NCBI GenBank assembly: GCA_002269645.1
Contig: NIVC01003497.1
Coordinates: forward strand, 1-55,517
DNA from: Macrostomum lignano
Lineage: Eukaryota
DNA length: 55,517 nt
Direction of reading: 5' to 3'
Part shown: piece after piece, positions 21,675 through 32,319 of the stretch
Layout of the letters: each line of letters begins with the position of its first letter
Position numbering within the stretch: the first letter of the stretch is position 1
Notes under the pieces: generated by a model
The model's database searches: none
What the model was told of the DNA's origin: nothing
What the model saw: the letters and a program-made list of their open reading frames with translations, nothing else
Program-made: the position numbers and the translations under genes

Positions 21675-22982
21675 GGCGCATGACCAAGACCGCCACATAC
21701 CAAGACCGCCACAGCTCTTACTGACTATTGGAATTGAGGGGAAGCTACCAATCTTCCAGCATTGCTATTGGTTATGATGGGTTGTGGAGTTAGATGAGGA
21801 GGAACAGTGGTGTGATTGGAAAGTTTGCCAAATTTCGCGCCGACTGGAAATTTTCGCGCCATGCCAATAACATTCTACTGACAGCCAAATAAGTCAATTG
21901 ATGACACTTTTGAAGATGCGTCTGGCTACCAATTAGCATGTCTCTCAAGTCCCAGCCGTGTCCCACCTGAACTTCTTGTTGGCGATGTCTGCAGGCAGAC
22001 GACTGCTCCTGCTGGTGATTGACGACGTTGACAGCAGCTCAGCAGCCTTGCGCTTCAAGACGAGCTCAGCTAGCTTCTCTGCCTCCTCATACATGCGCAA
22101 CAGTCGGCCGAGTCGGCCGATCCGGCCGACCAATTTGGCAGCCAACCAAGGAAGTCGCAAAAATGCCACCCAAGAAAAACACCAAGTAGTAGTACTAAGT
22201 AGCTGACGAGACATTTTTGGTTAATAAGACAGTCATAGTTACTCCTGCCGTTTACCCAAAGTTGCGTTAATTTTTAATTTTAAGGTTTTTTTACATGGAA
22301 GTCGCATTTTTGGCCAAAAACTACGTCGCATTTTTGTTAAAACTAAGTCGCACGGCTGACCGAATTTTGGAAGTTGCGCATGTATGTGCCTCCTTCTGCT
22401 TCTTCTTCTGCACATTATGCTGCTGACGCCTCAGTTCTTCAATCTCGGCGTCCTTGCTCTTGGTGGCTGCCGTCAACTCGTGAAGCAGCAGTTAGATTAA
22501 TCTCCTAAGCTATGACATTCTTGTATTTCATACTGTCTGACAAGAGAATAAGTGTAAAAAGCAGAAAATAAGAATGCAATTTTCGCGCCCATGGTTCCAC
22601 AAAATTTCGCGCCAGACCCCCAGGATTCGCGCATTCGCGCCATTTTCGCGCCTGGCGCGAATTCGCGCCTGAATCACACCACTGAGGAGGAAGTGTCCTA
22701 AGATTGGTCACTAATAAGATGAATAAGTGGCCCAAAATGATTGCAAGTCAACCAGGGCAATTTTAACAATTCAAATTAAATGAAAAAAACAAGGAGCCTG
22801 GCTCACTCACCTACCTAGCCAGGCTAGCCTGCTTACCAGTTCCTCTCTCGTGGCCTTGTCTTGCTGGCTCTCCCCATCTCACCCCTCCTCAGCCCTATCT
22901 AATAACATGGCGAGCCAAATTCCTCCCTCCTATCTCCCCCAAGTGTGGCGGTCTTGGTGTGTGGCGGTCTTGGTCCTACACC
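21675..22982. mobile_element. 1.3-kb non-autonomous DNA transposon with GG...CC termini and an 8-bp TSD (Merlin- or Mutator-like; superfamily uncertain)
   Basis: ~39-bp TIRs GG(C/T)G(C/T)A(T/G)GACCAAGACCGCCACA(T/C)ACCAAGACCGCCACA; perfect TSD AATATGAA at 21667-21674 and 22983-22990. Confidence 0.88.
22088..22386. mobile_element. 299-bp MITE nested in the 1.3-kb element
   Basis: Perfect 14-bp TIR CATACATGCGCAAC / GTTGCGCATGTATG; perfect 8-bp TSD TGCCTCCT at 22080-22087 and 22387-22394. Confidence 0.92.
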
Positions 22983-25691
22983 AATATGAATACTATAAAT
23001 AATTAATAAGTTGGTGAATCTGACCAATCTTATGTTCTATGCTCAACCCTATAACAAATTTGCTTGTGACAAATTTATCCTAGGCCATAAAAAAGGCCTA
23101 AACAATTTTTATAAACACTAAATATTTAATAATAATTAGCCCGCCTAGTTGATACTTGATAGTTGATAAATACCAAAGCCAAGGGCAAGGCTTCATTCAT
23201 GGCACTTTCAATTTAAAAAAATGTAATTAAACCGACAAAAAGTTGTATATATATCCAATAGCCAATAGGCTCTTTCTATATGTCAACGCCTACTAGTGAT
23301 TTCTACTACTAGGCCTATGCTGCCAGTGTGCAGTCATTTCGTCTACCTATTTTAGGCCTAGATGGACAATGTAGACCTACCTATGAGTCTATGACCTAGT
23401 TCTTAATTGAGATTATTATCTACTCTTAGTATCTCTAAGCTAGGTCTAGCCTAGCTAACTTAACTACATTTATCGTTTTTAACCATTTTGAAACAAGCCC
23501 AGTGGAGTAGCGTAGCCAAGGTCATGACATGTGATGTGGCAATGGCATACGACCACATAACATAGCATGTTCAGTTTCATAATCAATGTCAATGAACACA
23601 AATTACAAGGACAACTTTAAAAGCAAAACGAGGCAATTAAAAGGACAAATTGGTACAACAGGGGTGCTGTGGTTCTATTTCGTGACCCACATATTAGAAA
23701 ATAGTACGACAATGACTTGCAGACACAACCAGCTTCATTTTGTTCTAAAAAGACGGTGGTTTGAAACAAACGCAAAATAAAACAAAATAGACTATTTCTA
23801 TACCTAGATGTCACGAAAATTTATAAGCATTAAAGAAAAAAATAGGAACCTTATTAGACCACATATTTTGCAACAGATAGGCTAAGCTAGAGTATTGTTG
23901 TATAAATATGTATAAAGTAAAGTGGTGCTGCGATCGTGGCAAGCTAGCAAGTGTAGCAAGCGCTCAAAAGACCAGCGTGCGCAGCATCCAGCTGCCGCTC
24001 CTGCAAGGTGGTCAGGGTTCACGTTTCAGCGTTGTAGATAATTTCAAATCTAACACTTAGCGCGCAACTACACACTTTGTAACTTAATTTAAAGGTCTTT
24101 AAAGCAAAATAATACATGTACATGTACATAGCGAACCCCGGGGGGAACTATTTTAGCAGGATTACGATATTTAACATGATTATTCTGACATGCTTTATTG
24201 ATTAGCTAGGGGTGTCAATTTTGGGTGGACAGCTATTGCAGCAATCTTATTGATCGGTTGATTTGCTTTGAATAGCGTAGTTATACTTTTTTCGTGATCT
24301 AATCGTCAGTGGGTTTAAAAGCATTGGTAATCTTAATTCTTTATGGAATATTCGACTTCTACTACTGTAAAATACAGTAAGACCGGGTAAACGTAAAACT
24401 TGGTCTCTGTCACTTTTGGCAGCTTATACGCGTTTGTCTCTGGGGCCTTTTGTTGTATTCTCGATCACTTTCGATAATATAGGTCTAGCGCGCGGTCTAG
24501 GGTTCTATAAACAGCTCAGCTTTATATCCTTTATCAGGCCGCCAGAGAAAACCGTATAAACTGACGGGATCTCCTAGTATCTAGGCTGAATTTGAATCTC
24601 ACGAGTATTTCGCTCTGCGTAACTTTAAGGCAAATAATTGGGTTGAAGACTTGAATTTGAGCCAACTGGATAGTCCAGAGATCAATACAAAAGGAGCGAG
24701 TTGAGATCTGAAAACTGCGCAGGAAAAAACGAAGCGCCGCTCCAGTTTAAGATGGGCGTCTATTTTATACCGATTGGCAATTTTGACCCCCCCCCCGCCG
24801 CCGGTGGGGTGTCTTCGCGTGGTTAGCAAAGGCGGGGGATTAATTTTAAGCAATAAAATTCTGGGACTCAGTCCCCTAGTTGTACACGAATTTAGTTAGT
24901 TCTAGTAGGTTGCTAAGTGCGAGGGTTAGAGATTATTCAGGGTTTTGCAAATCTATGTGTTGAGTTGGATAAAATTTGGGATACGCTCGTAGAACGATTA
25001 TAGAAAAAGAGCTTAATTTTCCGTCTCTTAACTCTGTCCATGGATGATTAAACAGTCTCTCTCTCAGCTCTCGGTTGTCAAGCTGTTTGGGGTTGATCTC
25101 GCCTTCTTGGGCCGCTTCAGGTTGGGTAGGAATCTGTAGGTGGGCCTCACGTTTTCTCCCTCAGGGTGCGCCAGATTCTGCTGCGTGCCGCGTCGTTCTT
25201 TAAGTCAGGTCGCTGCTCAGTTTGCTTTTCCCAGCCGGTTTGAGTGCCATTGTTCCTGCGGCAGGGTGACGCTACTGACTGGAATGGAAAGGGGCTTTAT
25301 TAGATTCGGCTATTCAAATTGACTTGACAATTGATTAATTATCTTAGAACTGCTTCTGTTTGCCCTTCTAATAGCTATCTAGGGGTTCCATTGTGTTTTT
25401 TCTGCCTCGGCCTTCACTGCGGCTGGGCCTTTCATAAATTTCTACCTATCTTCTAACTTAGGGTTAAAACTTCAGATGTCTAACTCTTATATGATTCCCC
25501 TTTTTTTCGAAATCCTTGTGATAACAAGGATTTGGGTCCTCTATGCTAGAACTAAATCGCGTTGTCGGTGCGTATTTCATCAAATATAAGACGTTAGAAA
25601 TCTGCAAAAGGTAGTAAACGTTGTATTAGGGGTAGAAGAGGATGTGCTAGCAGAGGTAGATAAGTGATTGTGTCAGAGGATGGATTATACT

Positions 25692-26078
25692 TCAAGCAAA
25701 AGTTTCAAGCGTATAGTTTGTTTTATATAGCTCGTATGTTGCGCCGAGGCCGTTTAGTAATATTCGTCCTTGACCGGGCGGTTGCCTATCTTCCATAGAT
25801 ATAGGCGGTAGCCCCTGTGGTGAGGGCCATGGCCTAATGGTGGCGGCCGCCTCATATGGGCCCCCGTCCCATGGAGTCTTTCTGGGGGCCAGGATCACCC
25901 CCCAGTCGTTATAGTCGGCGGCCGTTTGTGTAGCCACGGAGTGGCCGCCATCGATATCGCACTCGGCGACCTGTGTTTGTGCGTCTTTCTTGACGCACTT
26001 CCGAACGTGGAGGTCTACGTCCACAAAAGCCTGGTCAGGTCGCCGGGTGTAAGCCTTTTCTGGTGTGTAGGCGGCCAT
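25692..26078 (-). CDS. Orphan 128-aa ORF in the internal region of the LTR element
   Basis: ATG in good context (AAGATGG) 18 nt downstream of a strong acceptor TTTCTTATTTCTTTCCAG; non-repetitive composition; no recognisable domain. Confidence 0.4.
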   Translation of the reverse strand: MAAYTPEKAYTRRPDQAFVDVDLHVRKCVKKDAQTQVAECDIDGGHSVATQTAADYNDWGVILAPRKTPWDGGPYEAAATIRPWPSPQGLPPISMEDRQPPGQGRILLNGLGATYELYKTNYTLETFA

Positions 26079-26399
26079 CTTTGTGCTGAGTGTGTGCTGG
26101 AAAGAAATAAGAAATTGATTATCACGTCTGGGGGTTTGGCGTGTGTTCTCATCTGCCTATCCTCCTTAGTGGGCCTACTTTACATTGGTTCTATCCTCTG
26201 CGTACATGGTGTGGCGAGTGCGGCGGGACGTGAGGGGTGGGGTTTTTAGAAGCTGGGTTCGGAGCCGTGCCGCGTCTGACGAAGGGGTCCTTTCCTTCCT
26301 AATCTTTCGATTCCTTTCAAAACGCGGCGCATGGAAGCGTGCCCCCACAATTTGACTATTCGGCCGATTTCTGCGCCGTAGATACTATCTAATCTCATC

Positions 26400-26660
26400 A
26401 TGTCTGAGTTTACTGTGCGGAAGATAGTGCGTCTTGTTAGTGAGCTGGAGCAGCGATTACGGGCCATGGAAGATCGCTCTATTGGTTTAGAACGCTGGCT
26501 ACTCAATCTGGAGGCTCGGTCGGCGGTTCAGGATGGCGGGCTGCGCGCTCTTCGCGGTTGGCTGAGCGGGGTGGGGGGCGGTGGCCTCCTACTGTTTGTC
26601 GCGCTTCTACTGCTCCTAATCTGTCTTCTACGCCGGCGGTATCAGGGCCTGCCTGCTTAG
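26400..26660 (+). CDS. Orphan 86-aa coiled-coil plus transmembrane protein, antisense within the LTR element
   Basis: Heptad pattern (IVRLVSELEQRLRAMEDRSIGLERWLLNLE), hydrophobic segment GGGGLLLFVALLLLLICLL, then polybasic RRRY; ATTAAA at ~26781. Confidence 0.5.
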   Translation: MSEFTVRKIVRLVSELEQRLRAMEDRSIGLERWLLNLEARSAVQDGGLRALRGWLSGVGGGGLLLFVALLLLLICLLRRRYQGLPA

Positions 26661-26792
26661 TAAGCCATGTAATTCCGTGGATTTCACGTCAACCTTTAAT
26701 GACAATGTGTTCTCTTCAGTTCTGTTTTTATTTGTTATAAATACGGTTATAAATTCGGTACATCCAAGCATCAGTAAAGCATTAAATATCGC

Positions 26793-26847
26793 AGGATTCC
26801 TGGCTCTCACCCAGGCGGCCCGGGTTCGACTTCCGGTCAGGGAACCA
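26793..26847 (+). tRNA. 5'-truncated tRNA-Glu(CTC) copy with encoded CCA; acts as the primer-binding site (minus strand) of the adjacent LTR, not a functional tRNA gene
   Basis: AGGATT-CCTGG-CT(CTC)AC-CCAGG-CGGC-CCGGG-TTCGACT-TCCGG-TCAGGGA-A-CCA: intact anticodon and T arms, 3' acceptor strand and CCA, but no 5' acceptor strand or A box. Confidence 0.85.
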
Positions 26848-26849
26848 CC

Positions 26850-27196
26850 TGTAACAGGTCGTTTATCGGTAGTCTCTGAAGGCCTCTCACGCCAACTACC
26901 TTACACGCCTGCTACCCCTCTGCCGGCGTGTAACCTGCTACTACCCTGCCTGCTACCCCTCTGCTTAAACTTTACTCAACTCGGCAGTGGAGAGCCTCGG
27001 CTCTTTCAATTGCAATTGTATTTATAACGCTCGGCATTGTGCTCGGGGGCAGTGTTGGGGTGGTGGCGTGATATTTTTCCGCCCACCCATCTTATTTGCT
27101 TTTTTGCATAGATAGCTAGTTAGATGAATTAACACAGAGAGGGCACTGCGTGGTCTGCGTGGCTGTTTTAGTGCTGGCAAATGCGTGGGTCTAACA
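26850..27196 (-). mobile_element. 347-bp LTR (5' LTR of a minus-strand element)
   Basis: Minus strand begins TGTTAG and ends TGTTACA, followed by GG and TGGTTCCCTGACCGG (PBS); TATAAATA at 27026-27019 and AGTAAA at 26976-26971 in U3-R order; no second LTR found in the window. Confidence 0.72.
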
Positions 27197-27672
27197 TTAA
27201 ATATCTATGGTAAGTTTGTAATAGCATATCAGCGTTTTGAACGCTGATAACAGCTCATCGATAAAGAACTTAAATTAACAATATTGAAAAGTCGCGAAAA
27301 TGGTCACTGGTCAGATAGTCATATTCCATTTCGTCATACCGGATGACGAAGTGACCAGGAGCAAAGTAGCTTTGAAAAATAATATGACGAAGTGACCAAA
27401 TATTTAGTTATGCTGGATACTTCGTCATCAATCAATCAGTGAAATATATGGGGGATGCTTTTAACGTAGATAACAATTATGCACAAAAAATAAACCAGAA
27501 ATTGGTATCCGGCCTTTCACATCTACCAATCAGAAAAAAATAGTCGAATAGACACCGAATCTTTTAGATATTAAAAATTTTATAAAACTTTCAAGAACAT
27601 ATTCTTTTGCCATGAATTAGAAAATTCTCCACGCAACACCCTTATACAGTACGCATAACGTATTTCTTTACA

Positions 27673-27880
27673 ATGCCGGATAAACGTAGACCGCGAAAGT
27701 GCAAGAATCAATTGTGTGTTGCGTGCTCAAAAACAGTGCGCAATGATGATGAAGCCATTTCGTGTGACGTCTGCAAGAAATGGCAACATCGCTGCTGCGG
27801 AACAGGTGTGTCGAAAAAAGACTACAAGATGCTAATAATGCAGGATACAGCATTCATGTGGATATGCACTAAGTTCCGCT
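27673..27880 (+). pseudogene. N-terminal PHD-finger fragment of the MULE transposase gene, truncated by the LINE
   Basis: CVAC...CDVCKKWQHRCC...WIC: C4-H-C3 PHD pattern, then runs into the LINE 3' end. Confidence 0.75.
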
Positions 27881-27970
27881 GCAGGGCGGTCCGAAGACGC
27901 AGCGGGGAGGCGAGCGTCGCCCATTTCGCTAATCCCTGAAAGACCCGCAAAGGCTAGGGCGCGGGGCCGG

Positions 27971-30900
27971 TCAGGGAGGTCTGCCGGTCCTGTCTGTAGC
28001 GTTGTCTTCGGTGGGGAAGACAGAGGCTCGTTTGGTAGCCTGGAGGAACTGGATGAGCCGTGGGATGTTCTCGGGCCGGCAAACGTCGTCCAGGGACGGG
28101 TTGGGCCCGAGGTGGCTGGTCTCGGTTGAAGGCCGGGCAGTAGCAGACGAAGTGCTTGGCATCTTCGTTCTCGAGGCTGCAAAGGGGCAGAGTTCACTCG
28201 GGCGAACACTTCGGAGGAAGCAGTGCCTGGCAAAGCAACCGTGACCTGTGAAGGTCATAGTGAGAGCGCGGATATCTTTTCGATTTTGATTCAAAAGGAT
28301 TCTATGCAGCTTGAGGGATGGATTGGGCACTGCAGCACGGGACTGGCGGCAGTTGAAAATGCCACCCCATATGCGTAAGTGCAGGATGTCCGCCCAGTCA
28401 TTCATCTCACGATTAATGACCGTGGCGGGGATGGGGGCCAGGGGCACGGGGCCAAGGAGCGAGCCAGAACTACCCGCCTTTGCGAGCTCGTTAACTTTGA
28501 ACCCAGCGTGTCCTGGGATCCACGTAAGCCGGGCGGTGTTCCTCCAAGCCAGCTTGTTGAGCTGCCCGATACAGTCACGGACTGTTCGGGAGTTCGTAGT
28601 GGTGTGACACAGGGCCTGCAAAGCGGCTTGGCTGTCAGAGTCGAAGAAGATTCTTCTGTCCTTGAAGTCCCTGCAGTGGAGCTCAGCTGCACAGGAGCTG
28701 ATGGCAAGGACTTCGTTCTGGAAGACGCTAGAGAGTCTGTCAGTGTGTTGGGCGTGAGTAGAGATCACGCGGCCGTTGATAAGGATACAGACTCCAAAGC
28801 CGGATAAACCGTCTTTGGAGGATCCGTCAGTGAAGCAGTGAACCTCCTGAGGGGCCCAGCTGTCGTTGGCGTTCTCCCTGGAGGGGATAGTGACCTTGAA
28901 GCGTTGGTAGAGATTGAGGGAGCGCGGCTCAGCGTCCGAAAGAACAGCCGTACTCCCGCTCTCCTCCAGAACTTTAAGGCACAGGTCAGAGTGCGGCCGG
29001 AGCTTGCGCTTCGCCATCGCTCTTTGTGGCTTGAAGCTAACGCCACCCTCGATTAGCCGGCGGGTGGTTTTAGCAGCCTCGCGACGGACAAAGATGTCCA
29101 GAAGGGGGGGGGGGCAGAGAAAGGCGTTGAGGCCGTCAAAGGGAGCAGAGAGCGGGGCATTCAGAATCATGCGGCACGCGCGTCCCTGCACCTTTTTAAG
29201 GGCTTCGTAGCAAGTTTTAATCTGCAAAGCGCAGGTCCAGATTAGACCGGCGTAAGTAACGGCCGGTCGGACCATTGCGGTGTAGATCCACCAGAGCCGT
29301 TTCGGGGTGAGGCCCCAGGTGGTGCCAACGGCTCTGCGCAGCTGCGCAAGAATCTCGAGGGCTTTTTTGGTTTTGGCCTGAACGTGGGTGGACCAGCTCA
29401 GCCGGTGGTCCAGCGTAACGCCGAGACACTTGGTTTGCTTGCAGGATGGGATTTCCACCCCGTAAAGCTTTAGTGGGCGAATACGCCAGTTGACCCTGCT
29501 GGTGAACATGATCGCGACAGTTTTGGTCTCGGAGAGTCTGAGGCCGCACCTGTCCGCCCATTGTTCAGCAGAGCGAATAAAGTTTTGCAGAAGATCCCTA
29601 AGGGTTTGGGTGACGGTCTGGATGCTACGGCTGTAACATCATCGGCGTAACCGACCTTAAGGATGGGGTCAAGATGGCTGTCCTGAAGGAGCTCATCGAT
29701 GACCATGTTCCAGAGAACTGGAGAAAGGACACCGCCCTGGTGGCCCAGCAGGTGTGCGGTGGCAGTGCGGTGGCTGATCATATACATGATCCACCGGGTG
29801 AGGTGCGAGTGGGTTCCTCTAGCACGTAGAGCTCTGTCGAAAGCCTCAAAGAGGACATTATCGAAGGCTCCAACAATGTCGAGGAAGACAGCGAGAGCGT
29901 AGCCATTACCAAGAACGGCTTTCTCCAGCATGTCGACCAAGACATGAAGCGCACTCTCCGTGGACCGGCCTGCCCGAAAGGCGTGCTGGTTCTCACTGAG
30001 CGGCTTGTTCTTCAGTTCCACAGAGAGGAGGCGCCAGAGCACCAGTCTCTCTAACAGCTTCACCAGTGAGGAGGTGAGGCTGATTGGTCTGAAGGATTTA
30101 ATGGACCGGTAGTCCGGTCGGCCGGGCTTGGGGATAAAAACCACCTTGGCCTCGGTCCAGGGTTTCGGAACAAAGCCGAGAGCAATGCAAGCTTTCAGAA
30201 GCCGGCAAAGGTTCCGCAGGAAACCGGTGCATTTCACCGCCTCTCGCAGGAAAGCTGGCACAATGCCGTCCGGTCCTGGGGATTTGAAGGGTTTGAAGGA
30301 GGAGACTGCTTTAGCAACGCGGTCCTCCGTAATGATTGAGTCAGCCAGTACGTGTCCACCCACTGAATGATCAGGGGGGGGGGTCGGGCCTGGCTGGCTC
30401 GCACGAGAAAAACGCTGTTAGCATCGCCTCCAGCGTTTCTCCTGGGTTCTCAGTGAGCGAGCCGTTGGCTTTCTTTACTGAGGAGAGTTTGGACATTTTG
30501 TCCAGAGTGAGGGCTTTAACGATTCTGGAGGTGGGGCGGGAGCCCTCAAGTTCCTCACAGTATTCGCGCCACTTATTGGTTTTGGCGTTCCTAACCTGCC
30601 TCTTGAACTCGTGGATTGAGTTCAGGTAGGTGGTTTGGTCGGCCGGATTTTTAGTTTTTTGGGCCTACGGTGAAGTCTTTTGGCTCTGCGACGGAGGTCG
30701 CAAGCTGCGGGTTCCACCATGGGGCCGACTGTTTGCCTTTATATGCCTTTAGTGGGCATGAGGCTTCGAAGGCAGCAGTGAGCGAGTCCGTAAGTACGGC
30801 CGCAAATTCATCTGCTTCCTCGCAGGTTTTGATGGAGACTGGAGTGCTAGTGCAACGATAGGTCTCCTCCACGTCAAGCCTGAAGGCGGTCCAATCGGTA

Positions 30901-30975
30901 TTCCTAGCATTCCGTTTCCAGTAAAGCTGGCCTGCGTTTTGGGCGCTGGCCAGCGTGAAGGAGATGAACTTGTGA
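27971..30975 (-). pseudogene. LINE ORF2 (APE remnant, reverse transcriptase, RNase H), frameshifted
   Basis: RT motifs KSPGPDGI, FRPISLTS, QHAFRAGRST, FLDIVGAFD, QGGVLSPVLW, YADD; RNase H FTDGS, VFQNEVLAI, DSQAAL, WIPGH; frameshifts near 30700, 30370 and 29600. Confidence 0.92.
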
Positions 30976-32319
30976 TCAGAGAGGGACGCTAGATCTGATC
31001 TCTAGAGAGGATCTGATCTCTGTGATCAGAGAGTAATCCCACCAGTTGGAAGGCTGAGCCATGCCGTCGTCCAGTTCCCTCAGCTGGCTTTCAGTGTTTT
31101 TGCGAGCGGCACTAGTCCGCTCGAGGCGAAGTCTCAGAGACTGAGCTTCGTCAAGTGCGCGCTGGATTAGCCCGGACCGCCGGTTACTGCGGGCGGGTCT
31201 ACGCCCGCGCGAGGCGGACTCAGCAGCGCGAGTCTTGTTAGGCTTGTTAGGCTCGGGATCGGGTTGCTGCTGCCGTTTGGCCGGCGGAGCCTGAGCCCCA
31301 GCTCCGGGAGCGGCGCGCTTCCCGTCGTTCTTGGTCTCCACCTTGCCCTCCTCACAGCGGAGGATGATCAGTTGATGGAGACCAAGGTGGAGGTTTGAGC
31401 CATGCGTTAGCCGCTTGGCCCATCCCTCCGTCAGGCCGAGGATGACGGTGGCCCCGGTCGTGCCCTTGCGGACCGTGTTGTGGTACACAAGACCACTGAC
31501 GTCGAGATCCGGGTGCCGCTTGAGCAGGAGCTGCCGCAGCTGCTCCCCGGACTTGATTGCACTGTCGGCCGGGACCCAAATCATATGGCGGATGGTCTTC
31601 GGCCGCTCGCTCTCCAGGGCGAAGGTCAGCTGGCCCAGGTCGCTGTGCCAGTCGAACTTGGGCAGTTGATCTCGCAGGAGCTGGGTGCTCTCCTCGGATT
31701 TGCACCACAGTAGGCTGCACCCGTTCGCCTTGGTGGACTTGATGATGTCCACGAAGACGCCCTCCAGGGTTAGGTTTAGCAAGCCCTCGTCGATGGTACG
31801 CCACGCGACGTCGAGCTGCTCGGGCGTCAGGTCGAAATCCCCGCCGAGGATCATCATGGCGGGTTGCAGCGGCTGCTTGACCTTGGAGGCGTAGGATTCG
31901 GAGGTCTTGAGCGGGGCCGCTTTGTCCTTGGAAAGCGGTAGGCCGGCAGGATTGCCCCCCTGAGAGTCCGAGGACACGGCGGTTCCTGACGGCCCAGCAG
32001 TGCCACCGGACTCTCCAGAGGGCCTCCCCGCTGCGGTGGCTTCCGAAGGCCTCACCGCGGCTTGCCCGCCCTCCGCGGACGCAGCAGCAGCCCGCTTCTC
32101 CTGCCGCTTACGGTTGCGGCGGATATTTCGCTGCCGTCGGGACTCGGCCGTGCGCGGTCGGCTAGCCTGGCGGCCAGGGTGCTCGACGGCAGCGTCAGCT
32201 GGCCCTGTTGGACCAGGTTGGGCGTTGGTGCTACCAGTGGTAGCTACCGGAGCGGCTGATCCCGGTGAGCCAGAGGCGACCGGGTCAGTTTCTTTTGAGA
32301 TGGTGGCGTTAGTGGCCAT
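30976..32319 (-). CDS. LINE ORF1 protein (447 aa)
   Basis: Open frame from ATG 32319 immediately upstream of ORF2; low-complexity N-terminus and structured central region. Confidence 0.75.
   Translation of the reverse strand: MATNATISKETDPVASGSPGSAAPVATTGSTNAQPGPTGPADAAVEHPGRQASRPRTAESRRQRNIRRNRKRQEKRAAAASAEGGQAAVRPSEATAAGRPSGESGGTAGPSGTAVSSDSQGGNPAGLPLSKDKAAPLKTSESYASKVKQPLQPAMMILGGDFDLTPEQLDVAWRTIDEGLLNLTLEGVFVDIIKSTKANGCSLLWCKSEESTQLLRDQLPKFDWHSDLGQLTFALESERPKTIRHMIWVPADSAIKSGEQLRQLLLKRHPDLDVSGLVYHNTVRKGTTGATVILGLTEGWAKRLTHGSNLHLGLHQLIILRCEEGKVETKNDGKRAAPGAGAQAPPAKRQQQPDPEPNKPNKTRAAESASRGRRPARSNRRSGLIQRALDEAQSLRLRLERTSAARKNTESQLRELDDGMAQPSNWWDYSLITEIRSSLEIRSSVPL

Noticed and set aside
26850-27196. 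Retrozyme (hammerhead-bearing LTR)
   Set aside because: No CTGANGA...GAAA core found on either strand of the LTR
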